Part shown: positions 15,101-29,300 of the stretch, in pieces
Layout: every line of letters starts with the position of its first letter
How positions within the stretch are numbered: position 1 is the stretch's first letter
Assembly (NCBI GenBank): GCA_030141605.1
Contig: JAQGDQ010000124.1
Coordinates: forward strand, 248,001-312,000
From: Tubiluchus corallicola
Taxonomy: Eukaryota > Animalia > Priapulida
Direction: 5' to 3'
Length of the DNA: 64,000 nt
Position numbers and translations under genes: made by a program
Notes under the pieces: generated by a model
The model's input: only the letters and a program-made list of their open reading frames with translations
Databases searched by the model: none
Told to the model about the DNA's origin: nothing

Positions 15101-17888
15101 ATGATGTTTGGCTTTAGACTGTAAACAGATAACAAACTTTAGAGTTAGAGGGCAACATTGTTGCAACAGCTTACGTTTTTTTAGTTACTGAAAATCAATG
15201 TATCATTACAAAATAATCAAATTGAAGGGCCATAAAGAGAAACAACTAACTGACGTAATCAAAATAACACCACTTACAGATCTGGACTGGCTATAAGCCC
15301 ATGCATGATTTGGGACCATTGGCCCTTTGTCACAAGGTGAAGAACAATTAAACATACTTTGTAATTTTTCAATTAGACTTAGATACAGAAGGTCTTGACA
15401 AACCTTTAGCACAAGACCGAGATCACCACGTAGTGGTTGCTCATCTGGCTCTTCTATACTCCACTTTCCATCATATTTTGCTATATCAGCATCAACACCA
15501 TCTTTCTTAGCTTTTGATCTCACCCACCTATAAACAGAAATTTCAAAATTATGACTTTTTGAATAGAGGCAGAAACCTTAGTCCTGATAACTATTAATTA
15601 AGTGGCTGTTTATAATTTAAGTTAATGGACAAGAAAAGGGGCACCTGAAGTAGGTTTCAGAAAAATCGCCGTAAAAATTATACTATTTGACAGCAATTTT
15701 ATGCATAATATATTGTACTCGCATTAAAAGGAATTTTTGTTTGTCTTTATTATAAATCTCCCTCAATACTGTTCCGACGGCGCCATTACATGACATCGCC
15801 TACGCAAATGTAAATCAGGGAAGAAAAGGCAATGTAAAATTATATCCCAAAAAATTTTCCATGCAAGTCTATATTACTTAGAATATTGCTTACCTGCTGG
15901 AAAGACTTACGCAACTAGAAATAATAATTTAAAATGTTTGTGCCAATTGGTAAAATGTTGCTGGCTCACCCTCCAGGATACGCCACTCACTAACCAAAAA
16001 CGTATTTTCAATCTTGTTGACAAGATACAGTAATTTAAAATTTTACTTAGTTAGGAACATGTATGCTACGAATGCTCTGATTATTTTTTCAAACTTTACT
16101 CAGTGTTCTCTAAACTTGTTTCAAACGACCTACTATAAAAATGGCTGCGCCTAACAGTCATTGCGGGAGTTTAAATTACAAGTTTTATACAGCATTACGG
16201 TCGAAAGGTAGTACGTACGTGGTATAATAAAATTTCAAGACGAATTTTTTAAGCTTTAAGACAATTTATGTAAGTGGAGTGTTTTCTTGTGCTATAAACG
16301 CACTTGGACATTGAATTAAACTAAAAAAGCTACACATACTGCAAACTGGAAATGCGTGACATATGTAATATGTATTAAACTGTTTCATGATAACAAAAAC
16401 TATGAACAAAAGCACGGGAGGCATAGTAATGCAAAGAAGCAAATTTTTAATTCTAACATAACAGACACCTGTGCTGCTTACCACACCATTACTCATATTC
16501 ATTCTTGAAGAAGTTTAAGGTTCCATCATTTGTGAACAGAAAATAATGGAATTTTACAAGACAATTGGAAAAATATATTCTGGAGCAAATAATGCTGGCA
16601 GGTTATACAAGTTTTCTAAAAGACATCACATTTAAGAATGCACTGATGGCATTACAAGTTGAAAAATTTTGCAGAACGATACAACTCACACCAAAATATG
16701 TTATGAAATAGTTAAAGGACGATACTTAATTATAAGTAACGAAAATTACAAGATGGTGGCAATAAAGTGTTTCTTTGTTTCCACTCACTAGCAGTGTTCC
16801 TATGCTACGAAGAAAAGAAGCAAATGAACTCATAATTTCAAATGAACATTAATTGTGGCAAACTTACGTAGTATCTAAAACATTTTCCGATTCAAAAGGT
16901 TCAGCAAAGAATGTGCGACCTTGTGCCACAGGTGGAACATAGTACTTCTGCTCACGCTGAAAATAAGCAATGTACAAAAACATGCTTATTTATCATATTT
17001 ACAATGGTCCATATGTATAATCTAATTCTAGATGTAATAAGGGTTCTATTAATGCAACCTGCAGCACCAGCAATAGATACTGAGTCTTTACCTTCTGTGC
17101 TGCACATTAAGTAATATCTACACTACAGTTCTACAGAATTACTACTCAAATGAAAAAATGAATTCATATAAATGTAAGATTTTTTAAACTGCCAGCACAT
17201 TAATAGGTAGTTTCATGTAAGCATTTTTTGAACAAGAATTGTCCCAAATAAACATGAAGACCAACGTAGCAATAATCAAGGGCTACTGTCGTTAGGCCTG
17301 TTAAAAGAATTCACCACTTAAACACCAATCATTCTATGCAAAAAGCATTGTAACAATAGTCCCCCTACATCCTGTTAGAAAATTAGCCATTTTGGTACAC
17401 AAAGCTTAGCTAATGTCAACAGCTGTACAGAGAATAGTCCAAAACTATTAAAATTACTCAAAGAATTATGGACTAAAGTGTTAAAAAATAAACTTAAAAA
17501 ATCCTATTTTACCACCTAGTTACCTAATTCTGACATGCTTATATGAAGTTAAAAATTGTTTTGTAAAAAATGTCATTTTGGCAGTTAATATCAATTCCGC
17601 CGACTGACCATTTAACAACATAAAATACATTTAAATTTTTTAGCCTAGTTCTTGAAAATCTTGAAATCTCGGGTTGTCAGGTACACGCATGACATGCGCT
17701 ATGTATAACATTTAAAAATTTCAAAAACATCATTTCACCTTTGGCTTAGGTGCCACTGTTTCTTCCACTATCTCATCATCTGCATCATCACCCATGTCAA
17801 CCATTGCATCATCATCGTAGTCATCAAAATCACAAACAGCGACATAAGTGTTCGCTGCTAGCAGCAGTAAGACCAAATAGAGCTTCAT
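6170..17888 (-). CDS. CANX: Calnexin, 13 coding exons, 588 aa
   Basis: Exons in transcript order: 17888-17739, 16956-16868, 15527-15404, 15118-15042, 14519-14321, 13329-13254, 13092-13014, 11352-11278, 11162-10787, 10627-10481, 8942-8814, 7446-7270, 6238-6170. They sum to 1767 nt with consistent phases. Product has a signal peptide ([12 protein letters not shown]), calreticulin-family motifs ([20 protein letters not shown]), P-domain repeats ([31 protein letters not shown]), a TM segment ([23 protein letters not shown]), an acidic tail and the C-terminus [10 protein letters not shown], as in calnexin. Confidence 0.97.
6358..6740. mobile_element. hAT-type MITE in the last calnexin intron
   Basis: TAG...CTA ends, perfect 8-bp TSD GTCAGCAT (6350-6357, 6741-6748) and many subterminal ATTCGA/TCGAAT motifs. 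Confidence 0.75.
7648..8289. mobile_element. hAT-type MITE
   Basis: TIR TAGGGTTGCACCGGATC / GATCCGGTGCACCCCTA; flanks CATCTCCG / CTTCTCAG (6/8 TSD). Confidence 0.75.
9398..9579. mobile_element. Tigger/pogo-like MITE
   Basis: TA|CAGTCAAACCTC...ACTG|TA with internal CGTTATA repeats. Confidence 0.55.
11870..12741. mobile_element. Tigger/pogo-like non-autonomous element
   Basis: Imperfect TIR CAGTAGGAGCCGCTTAATAGACTCA / TGAGTCTAATAAACAGCACTTACTG with TA flanks. Confidence 0.65.
13417..14105. mobile_element. Tigger-like non-autonomous element
   Basis: TA|CAGTAAGTCCTCGCTTAACG ... CGTTAAACAAGAACTTACTG terminal inverted repeats. Confidence 0.65.
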
Positions 17889-20415
17889 AGCAGCGAATAT
17901 TCCTAAACAAGACAAAAAATAAGGATTTTTTTAAAGAAAATATGAACTTGTTTGAAATAACTTAGAAAATTTTGAATTTAACTTAATATCAACTAATTAT
18001 TAGAAGAAAATTTAACACTTACAAGAAAAAAAGGAGTCGTTATACCAATAAATAGAAAAACTGCTGGAAAAAACATCTGTTGCTTGAAATAATGATGACG
18101 ATTGTATTCAACTTTTATACTGTCCGAACGAAGCTTCCCATGGTAAGCAATGTAACAATTGTAATACATGTTATTACGTCTTATTTTGTTTGATTTAAAT
18201 GTAGCTACTGGCTACCCCAAATAACTGAAACTTTTCATGGATGCTACTGCATTTTTCAAGTAATCACAAGCCGCAGTTACAGTATTAAAACAAGGCAACG
18301 AAGACAATGACTGTTTGCCAATACAAAATTTCTTTATAGTTAAATAAGTGACGCAAATTGTTTTCATCTATAAATTCCTGTTTTGTTTCTTTTAAACCTG
18401 CCGCCAGATTTCTTTTTGTAGACAGGTGGTTTAGTAAAATCAAAGGCACAGGCATAACATTTCAATGATGCCATAGGCAATTTGAAAACTATTTTAGCAA
18501 AGAGTGACTCAACTTGAAATCTCAAATCTGATACTTTTAAGACTTAAAAGCAAAAGACTTGAGACTGAGGACTTACCAACGTTCCTGACCAAAATTCTGT
18601 GATCTTTACAATGAGGCCTATTTCACTGATGTTATGTAAATAGCACTGAACATGACATTTTAAAAATTTTATTAATCTTTTTATTTACAGTCTAGTGCAT
18701 GCACAATTTAATATTCTGGACAGTTGACATAAACTTGTGTTAATTTGCTATGTATGCCTAGTGCCATACAAACATTTAATTAACTTTAAAAAAAGTTAAA
18801 ATTTGCATTAGCAGATCATCTAGTTAATGAAAAGAAAACCAACTGTCGAACAAAATTCATTGTATTTTAATATACACTTAAAAATTTCGAAATTATCACA
18901 TAACATGAGTGCATAAAATGACTTGCTCAAAAATACAAAAGAATATTTATCTCCCGCCAAATAAACCTCGCCGCAGACATATTTGAAAAAAATGACAAAA
19001 CAATGGACAGCACGAAGGTACGCCTAATAAAACTTCTGCAGTTCACTCAGAAATTCTGCTGTTCCAGCTGACTACATCTTTGTTTAACTGTATTTTTGTA
19101 AAAATTGGTAATAGGATTAATTAGCAACAACTGCAACACAGTTTTAATTCACAGGGTTATATACTTCAAAATGTGTGAGCACAACACATAATATGACATA
19201 ATTTCAGATAAGCATGCCGGCATACAGTAGGTACCGGACTGGTAAAACTAGTCAGCTTATAGACATCAGTTTTAACTTGTTAAGGTAAATTCCGTTAATA
19301 TGTCAGCACTAACTAGCTGAGCTGGAGGTTATTATATTATTGCCAAATCCAACAAAAAGCAAAAAAAGTTAATAAAAATTCATAATCATAATCTCTTGCT
19401 TAATAATGTTTTGGATTGCTTGTAGTTGATAACAGTAACTGCAGCTGCAAAAAAGTTTGCTCAAGCATCTGGTGGGATTAGTAATTGTGTGTTCTTACCA
19501 AATCCTAAAGTTCTAATAAGCCTAGCTTAAAAGACAATCTCTTTAGATTGGTGTTGCTTAATCAATATCTGAATATAAATACTGCAGTATTTTTTTAGAA
19601 ATATTACTGAAGTGGCAATGAAATAACACTGTCTAGTGTATATTTATATGATTGCTGTCCAATGTCAGGTCACACTCTTGTATTGCTGTTCTAAACTTCA
19701 GTGTGTCCAAGATTTGCACAATAGATGAAAGTAGATTAATCCACAGGGTGATTGAATTTGGTGAAAATGCATATCTAAAACAATCTTCTTTGCACTGGCA
19801 GCGTTGAATTTTGTACTGAATTGCGGCTTTCCCTTATATGTCTGGTAAATAATAACGTTTTAGTACATCACTGCTAATATCTACATGAATGTATAACTGT
19901 ATAAGAATTAAGATTTACAGAACTATTTACAAATTTTGTTCTGCACATCGCTGTTCTGAGCCTAACACAGATGCTACACTAGCATCTCTATGACATATAT
20001 TATACTAATCTTGCCGTTCTACGCATACCGCTACACTCGCTGAAGTTCCAAAATGAAAATAACGTTAATGCTGAAGTAGGCTACACTACATTTATCCTAA
20101 TTATTAAGATATATGTATATAATAATTATAATACCAGTTACCCCTACCTATGTTCAGTAGACGAAGATAATCGGATTAATAACTAATGTCGTCTTAAGAA
20201 TAAGATAGAATCAGACAATTTAATATTGGAATGGAATTAACACCCAAAATAACTTGCATGAAAAACAAGCTTTCGTTTTTAGAAATAATAATATATAGAC
20301 TCTAGATAATAATATTAATACCTATACACGCAAATAACAGCGAAATTACAAAAGATATTGTAAAGAAATGTAAAAAATGTAAAAATTTACTCTTGTTTGC
20401 AAGCGTGCGTAGAAA

Positions 20416-20466
20416 CGTGGACCGTTTCCATTCGCCACATCAAGAAGTAAAATGTGCGTTGATTGG
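20416..20466 (-). promoter_or_regulatory. Probable calnexin promoter: ERSE-like element (CGAAT-N9-CCACG) plus CCAAT box
   Basis: + strand CGTGG-accgtttcc-ATTCG at 20416-20434 is one mismatch from the ERSE consensus CCAAT-N9-CCACG. ATTGG is at 20462-20466. The first coding exon has an acceptor at 17903-17904, so a 5'UTR exon must lie upstream. Confidence 0.55.
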
Positions 20467-22303
20467 TCGAAACATTCATCGTAAATCCACTCGAAAAGGG
20501 GGCTGCAATTAAAACTATCTACCGACTTACCACTTTTAACGACTTCAAGCCTTCAATCATATGCAGCTGTTAGCCTGTTCCTTATGATCGACTACTAATA
20601 ACAAAAATTATAATAACTTTAATAATAATGATGAAACTATTTTTGGTTACTTTCTAATAATTTATAATATAGTCTTAATGTGGAAATAGTTGTTTTTCTA
20701 TGGTTACCTATGCGTACATTGTAGACCTAGAACAATCTTGTAACAATCCTTGTTGCACTAGAAGGCTTGTACTGTGCCACGTTTGAAGAATAATCCGTAA
20801 TCTCTAGGCAACACTGACAATTTGCGATTCTAAGTAAGAATTCAACAACATTAGATATCCAGAATATTGATGATTGCAAATCTTTAGAACATTTAAATGT
20901 TAATATTCGAAAACGTGACCCAGAATCTTGAAAGTTGTGATACACCTACGTAACTGCTTTTTATATTATGACCAACCATCATACATCATCATGAATTAAA
21001 TTCTTACTCTGTCTGCTGTAGACATTGATCGAAATACTACCTGTAGTTACTAGTGCTTTATTAGACCCACTCCTGTCTGCAGCTGACACTATCATGTGCA
21101 CTTCCGCCATCACAGTAAGTTCTTCTGCTCTTATAGCTGGACTTGGATGAAGCTGTTGAACATTTTAAAATTTATCTAAGACTCTTGGCCATCCTAATTG
21201 TTTTTATTTTTCTAGGTGGATACTTGCAAAGTTTAAGGTTTCTTTTTCTAAGGTGATTCAAATTAGCGTTTCACTCAATAATCTCAGAAGACGAATTAGG
21301 TATTTTGATCTTTGGGGCATAGGTTTTAAACTGCAAAGAAATTTCTTCAATCTAGTGTAAAGATCTTTATTTTTGATTGTGAATGGCCATCATTTCCTTA
21401 AGAGGTTTCTGTAAAGCTGTTAACGTGTCTGCTTTTCTTTTTTGATTAATCATTAAACCCCCTGATTACTCTTAATTAATTTATCATTACTTACTGGTCA
21501 TGATACATATACTTATATTTCATCTTAACTATCATACATGAAGATACAAAAGTGAGGTGACCCAGCTGTAAGGTCATGTAACTATGATTTTTTGAAGAAA
21601 ATGAGATATGCACACAAGAATTCTGAACTCAAGGAGGACTTTACATTGAAAGCAAGGCACTTGCAGATAAATATTGTCAAATAAAATTTAATATCATCTT
21701 CGTCACTATTCCAACTGTCTTTTTTACAAGAACTTGCAAACAATGCTATATTCCCTTGATGGAGATCTGCAGACATATGATCAAGTCTGGTTGGTAAGCT
21801 GGCTTTGTCATGATGCCTGCTTGGTTACAGTGGGCTGATTTCTCAGTTTTTCTAGTTAAACTATACATAAATTACCATAATCTTGTTTTTGCAATAATTA
21901 ATTGTCATCATCTTAATTATTTCAACTTATCACCGTCATCAGCAGCAGCAGCGGCATCGGCCACAACCCACGTCACATGTTCAGCAACATGGCCAATATG
22001 TCATCATCAGTGCAACATTTTTTTAGAGTTTGCCTACTTAGTTTGTAAAGATTTAGCTTTTGAATACCATTTGAATTTGCATTTGTTAAGTTTAAATTAA
22101 ATTATTAGCTATACCAAACTTTGACTTCTTCTTGACTCTTATTACTTCGTCAAACTTTTAACCTACTCCGAACTTTCAAAAGCTGCGAGTTTCTAACTAG
22201 ATAGATATAGTGCATGTGACGCGAGATAAAATAAAAATTTAAAGTTTCACATATTAATCTTTGGTTACTGTTATAGTTGACAGTTAACTGCTGCAGTTAA
22301 GTA

Positions 22304-22916
22304 CCGTATTTTCCCGTGTATAAGAGACCCTTTTTTGCTCAGAATTTTCACTTTAAAAATAGGGGGTCTCTTATACACGGGAGTAAGTCTTTTCAATCAG
22401 ATGCATAAATTGTGACACTAATGATTTTAAAGAAATAAGTGCTCTACAACTGTTTTATTTCGAATAATTATAGTTTCCTTTCAATAAATCTTCTCCATGG
22501 CTAAATTCTAATGATAAAATTATTAATATTAATCACGAAGTGGATGCAAGATGCCGACTCCAATCTGACACCAACTGGCAAGATAAGAAAGCCAACCCTT
22601 GGAGAAGTCTGCAGCTGGGTCCTCAAGGCATGGAATGGTGTAAAGCCAGAGGTCATTATTAAATCTTTCAAGAAGTGTGGCATCTCCAATGCCATGGACG
22701 GCACAGAGGACAATGTCATTTTTGAGCAGAGTGACTCCTCTGATGATGAACTGGCTGGAATTGCAGTTGATATTTTTGATCAGAGTGATGAGGAATTTAA
22801 TGATTTCTATGATGAATAAAGTTATTCATTACCAAAAAACTTTTTTCCAGAATTTTTGCCTAAAAATTGAAGGGGTCTCTTATACACAAGGGTCTCTTAT
22901 ACACGGGAAAATACGG
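22304..22916 (+). mobile_element. Internally deleted pogo-superfamily transposon (CCGTA termini, Passer/POGK-like) retaining the transposase C-terminus
   Basis: Perfect 29-bp TIR CCGTATTTTCCCGTGTATAAGAGACCCTT, TA TSD and extra subterminal GGGTCTCTTATACAC copies. ORF 22511-22819 contains LTPTGKIRKPT...WVLKAW...IIKSFKKCGISNAMDGTED, typical of pogo DDE transposase C-termini. Confidence 0.88.
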
Positions 22917-23607
22917 TATATATGAAAAAAAAATTGCAGAGTAAACTAACTTTTAGTGGGTGTTGTAAACATAACATCTTCAACTTTTCTTATTTTGTAA
23001 CATCACTCAGAAATCACATTTTTCTTAAAAAAGGACTGAAGATAATGAGGCATGCTGGTCATTATTGCTGAATACTTGTAAACAAGTGGAACAAATTGTT
23101 TTTAGTTCCTCAAAACAAAAGCCGTTGTTTCCTCAAAACTTGTTTATTTTTAGATACGAGAATTTGCAGGTCAGCTTAACAAGTGCTGTATACAGTGAGC
23201 AATATGAAGTTAATAATAAAAATAAAGCAGATGATAAGGTAATTATATAGCACAAATTCCAACTTTCATTCATGATAAAAGTGCACTGTAACTACGTCTT
23301 ATTGACTTTCGCAATAATAATCGTACTGAAACCTTTGTGACCGTGACTCATCGAGTTCGCACGAAGTGCTCAGTGTTATGAGGTTTCTTAATTTATTATT
23401 ATTCCGCAATTTGCTATTTACTTAGTAATAATGTTACTATGTGTAACGAATTTTTTATCAAAAATAGGTTTTATACGATTACAAAATTGGCTAAACAGTC
23501 GCACTGCGTAAAACAGTTCGAAAAATATCATACAAGTTTATAGCTTTACACAAACTAACATTATTTGGCGCTAATTTTTATCGCGGACTAAGATCTATCA
23601 CATGTAG

Positions 23608-25513
<1,906 letters not shown>

Positions 25514-26280
25514 TTTGTACATGAATAAAATTATGGTTATCGACTTGGAATTTGAATTTAGAAACAATTTCTCTTGTTTTTGTAATGTTTGATTTTTATT
25601 CTTTTTCACTAGTTTTGCCTAAGAACAGCTTGCTTGATAAACTAATCTGTATTTTGTATTTGTCTTTTTGTTTAGCTGAAATGTTTGTTTTTGCACCAAA
25701 AAACTTGATTAATTTTTCTATTTTAAAATCTAAAATGGTGTGATTGCTAATCTCGCAAGGAAATAACTTAATGCACGGTTAGTTTACACTGGAAAAAAAT
25801 TGAATCTTTTTGGCTTTTCACATAACCTTGACTACATGAAAAATTTTGTGCACAAATGTTTAATAAAGAATTATGTTTTCATGCATAAAAGGATTTTTGT
25901 CTTATTGAATGTACCAAGTATTTTTAGTTGTTGAAGTTGGGTTTTATGCAGATGGTTTACCTGGGATTCTATCCTAGTTTGCTGCTGAAATATGTTCTAA
26001 ATAAATATGTGTGCATGCATATAAGATTGCATATAGAATATACAACTCCCTGTTAAATAAAGTCAGTCAAGTTTTTTATTTAAAAATGGCTTCTTGCAGT
26101 GCTTAAAATATTCAAGTACATTAATATCCTTGTCTTTAAAGGCTAAATTGAAAATAACTTTGATAAAATTAAAAAAATTGATTGCGAAAAACATAAAACA
26201 GGTAGTCGCAAGTAATAGGTGAAGCTTTAAGTGTTATAATTAAATTGGGTTGCAGAATAGGGAGTTGCGTATTTCATTTT

Positions 26281-26299
26281 CTGCAACAGATGGCAGCAC
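26281..26299 (+). promoter_or_regulatory. CTCF-like motif upstream of the AP3S start
   Basis: CTGCAACAGATGGCAGCAC resembles the CTCF core. The same AGATGGCAGCAC recurs at 38404-38415. Confidence 0.35.
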
Positions 26300-26392
26300 A
26301 ACAAGCATTTTTGCTACTAATCAAGATGGTTCCTTCCATGAAATGGTTTTAGCTGTATTAAATTATTATAAAATTTGTTTGTCATATTCATC

Positions 26393-29300
26393 ATGATTAA
26401 AGCTATATTGGTGTTTAACAACCATGGAAAGCCGAGACTTACAAGATTTTTCCATTATTACGTGAGTACCGTTAGTCTTAGACCAAATGTTAAGTTAGTC
26501 TGAAATAATGTTAAAACCAGCAATAATTAGTGATAATAATGGATGTATATACACTCAATGTTTGTTACGTCTAAAACACCGCCGCTTGTTCGGCATAATG
26601 ATTCTCATCTCAGTAAATCATCTTTATGACTCTGTCACTCAGTGCATGCCGAACTGTATAAAAAGATGTAATTTTTATAATGGAATTTTGGTCTTACTAT
26701 TGTGGCATTTTCAGTGTTGCAGTAAACAAATTAAGAGTATAATGTTTACCATTTTACTGTTTTTCAGACGGAAGAAGTGCAACAAAATATTATTCGCGAA
26801 ACATTCCAGTTAGTTTCGAAAAGGGATGACAGTGTTTGTAATTTCCTGGAAGGTGGGAGGTGAGAATGAATACTTCACTAATAATGTGAGACTAACATTA
26901 TTTATAATTTCTAATGCTGCTACAACTTTCTGCTGGTACAGTGTGTTCCGAAAGAAAGAGTGCAGCAAAAATCAGGTAAAACCCAAAATACCGCATGCCA
27001 GGTATAATGCGAAATCTTTTTAGAGTCTGTGTATGACCCGACCATGGTATCGAACTTACGACCCCCCAGATGGAAAATAGATGTTCACAATTCATACATC
27101 AAACAAAAGATCTTCAATCTAGTTAGTAGTTATTCATTAATTTGTTAACTAGCAATGTGATTTTATTTGTAGATATCATCTGTACTGACTGCTTTTCCAT
27201 CTAGAAACTCCCTTTACAGTCATTTTTAGAACACGCTGATGAAAATAAACAAAATGTTATAATCAGGGGCGTATTACCCAATAGGCTAATTAGGCATTAG
27301 CCTAGGGCGCCAGAGCTTGAGGGGCATTACATTTTAGGAAAAATTCTTATTCTCCTCAGAAAATATTTTTTGTACATTTTCATGTTCATGTAAAGGGCAC
27401 ATTTTATAACAGGCAGTTACTGAGACAGCTTTTATATAAGTACCACATAATGAACAGGTATTACGCAACAAGCAGTCTCACAGCCTGCTTGAATATAAGC
27501 GCTATGCAAATACATCCCATCAATAAATATAGAAGAAATATTCCTGTATTACTCCTCTTGGACACTAAGCTTATGTCACATCTTTTTCTACTTTGCTGGA
27601 TTAACATGTAATGTGTATTAAGTGTACAAATGAAAATTTATAAGAAAATTGTCAGAATGCACGTATTTTGATCTAGTGAATTAATTTATTCTACTTAGTT
27701 AGGCCTCTAGGGCCTAACATAGGCCGTTTTTTCACCACATGGTAAATTTCAAATGCATACACTCTTAAAAAGTATTTAAGATTTGTTTACTTTCTCAATT
27801 GTTCTATATCAAACAATGGGAAAAAATCAACTAGTGCTTAGGTGATACCACAACCCAGTGAGTACTAGAAATTTTAATACTTTTTAACACTAGAAAACCG
27901 TTTATGATTTTGAAAGTCATAAGCTGAAGATTCTGCAAGTGTAATGTTATGTAATGCAGTGTGAATGTAGTTTCTGTTACCGTAAATCTTTTATTATAGG
28001 AAGATTACTTGTTACTATTTCCTTTGTTTTTGCAGTTTGATAGGTGGTGCTGATTTCAAGTTAATATATCGTCATTATGCTACATTGTACTTCGTTTTCT
28101 GCGTAGATTCTTCAGAGAGTGAACTTGGAATTCTTGATCTTATTCAGGTTTGATCTTCATTTGTCATTTTTCTAAAAAAATATGACATTTTAGACCCGAT
28201 GCAGCAAAGCCACATGGTCTGAAATGTCAGCTCTGAGAGAGGCATTAGCATTGGAGTCTAAAATGTCACCTTCGTAGAGTGCAGGGTACCAAGTTAGCAC
28301 TGTCTTTGTAGAACCATCTTTTTTTATTCATCCGTAGTGCCATCTAGCGGCCGTAATTTGAATAACACCACACAGGGCAAAGTGTAAGACTGAAATGGTT
28401 AACCGTTTAGAAAATCACTAACCATTCAACTATTACTTAGCCAAGTTTTTTACGTATCCATATTAATGAAACCTTGTATCCTTTCTCAGTTAGCGTATAC
28501 AGTTAGCAATGACCTGCTTGCATAAAATTATACTATTTTCAACATTGTTTCAATTAATCTGTTTATCTAAGAAGCGTCTAAACAGTAAATTGCAATAAAG
28601 TTTTTCACTAACGAATGCTACAAGGATGCTGCCATATTGAACGTTCTTGCTGGCTAGATTTGAACCGCCTCGCTTCCTCGTGCAAGGAATAAATGAATGA
28701 ATATATGACACCATCAGGGATGGCTAAATGGCTAACCAGCCGCAATTAATAACATTTAAATGGTCAGTTAAAAAACCTAACCGTCTCTTCCCTGGCAAAA
28801 CATAAGTGGTGCAGAATACCTTAATAGAAGCTCCAAGTCTGGTGAGACCGAGTGAGTACAGTACACAGTCTAAAGCACCAGTTCTGTGAGTAAATGTGGA
28901 GTGCATTATTTATAGTCCTTGTTCTGGGAGTACAGCACTTGTTTTGGAGACTGCATGGTAAAAGTCCATTCTGCAGAGTACTTGCTTTAAAAACTTCAGA
29001 ACATCATGGGAGTGCAAAGACCAATTTTGGGAAAGTGTATAATCTAAAGTAATAGCTTAGTAGGGCACATTGATCTGACATCTTAAATCCAGGGACATAC
29101 TCTGAGAAATTCCTCACTAGGTCATGGTCAAAAATTAAAAAGGTCTGCTGTGCATGAAATTTTATAATAAAAAATAGTTTGCTACACACATTTTTATATG
29201 GTTATAGTCTAAATATCAGTGATTAATCATCTTGAATGTATTAAAGAAATGCAGGTAACGAATTTTCTGACAAAAGGCCTTCTTGCCTTGTTGGTTTTTG

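Noticed and set aside
26508-26813. 101-aa ORF as a gene or as the AP3S start
   Set aside because: It is mostly AP3S intron 1 and out of frame with exon 2; the conserved start is at 26393.
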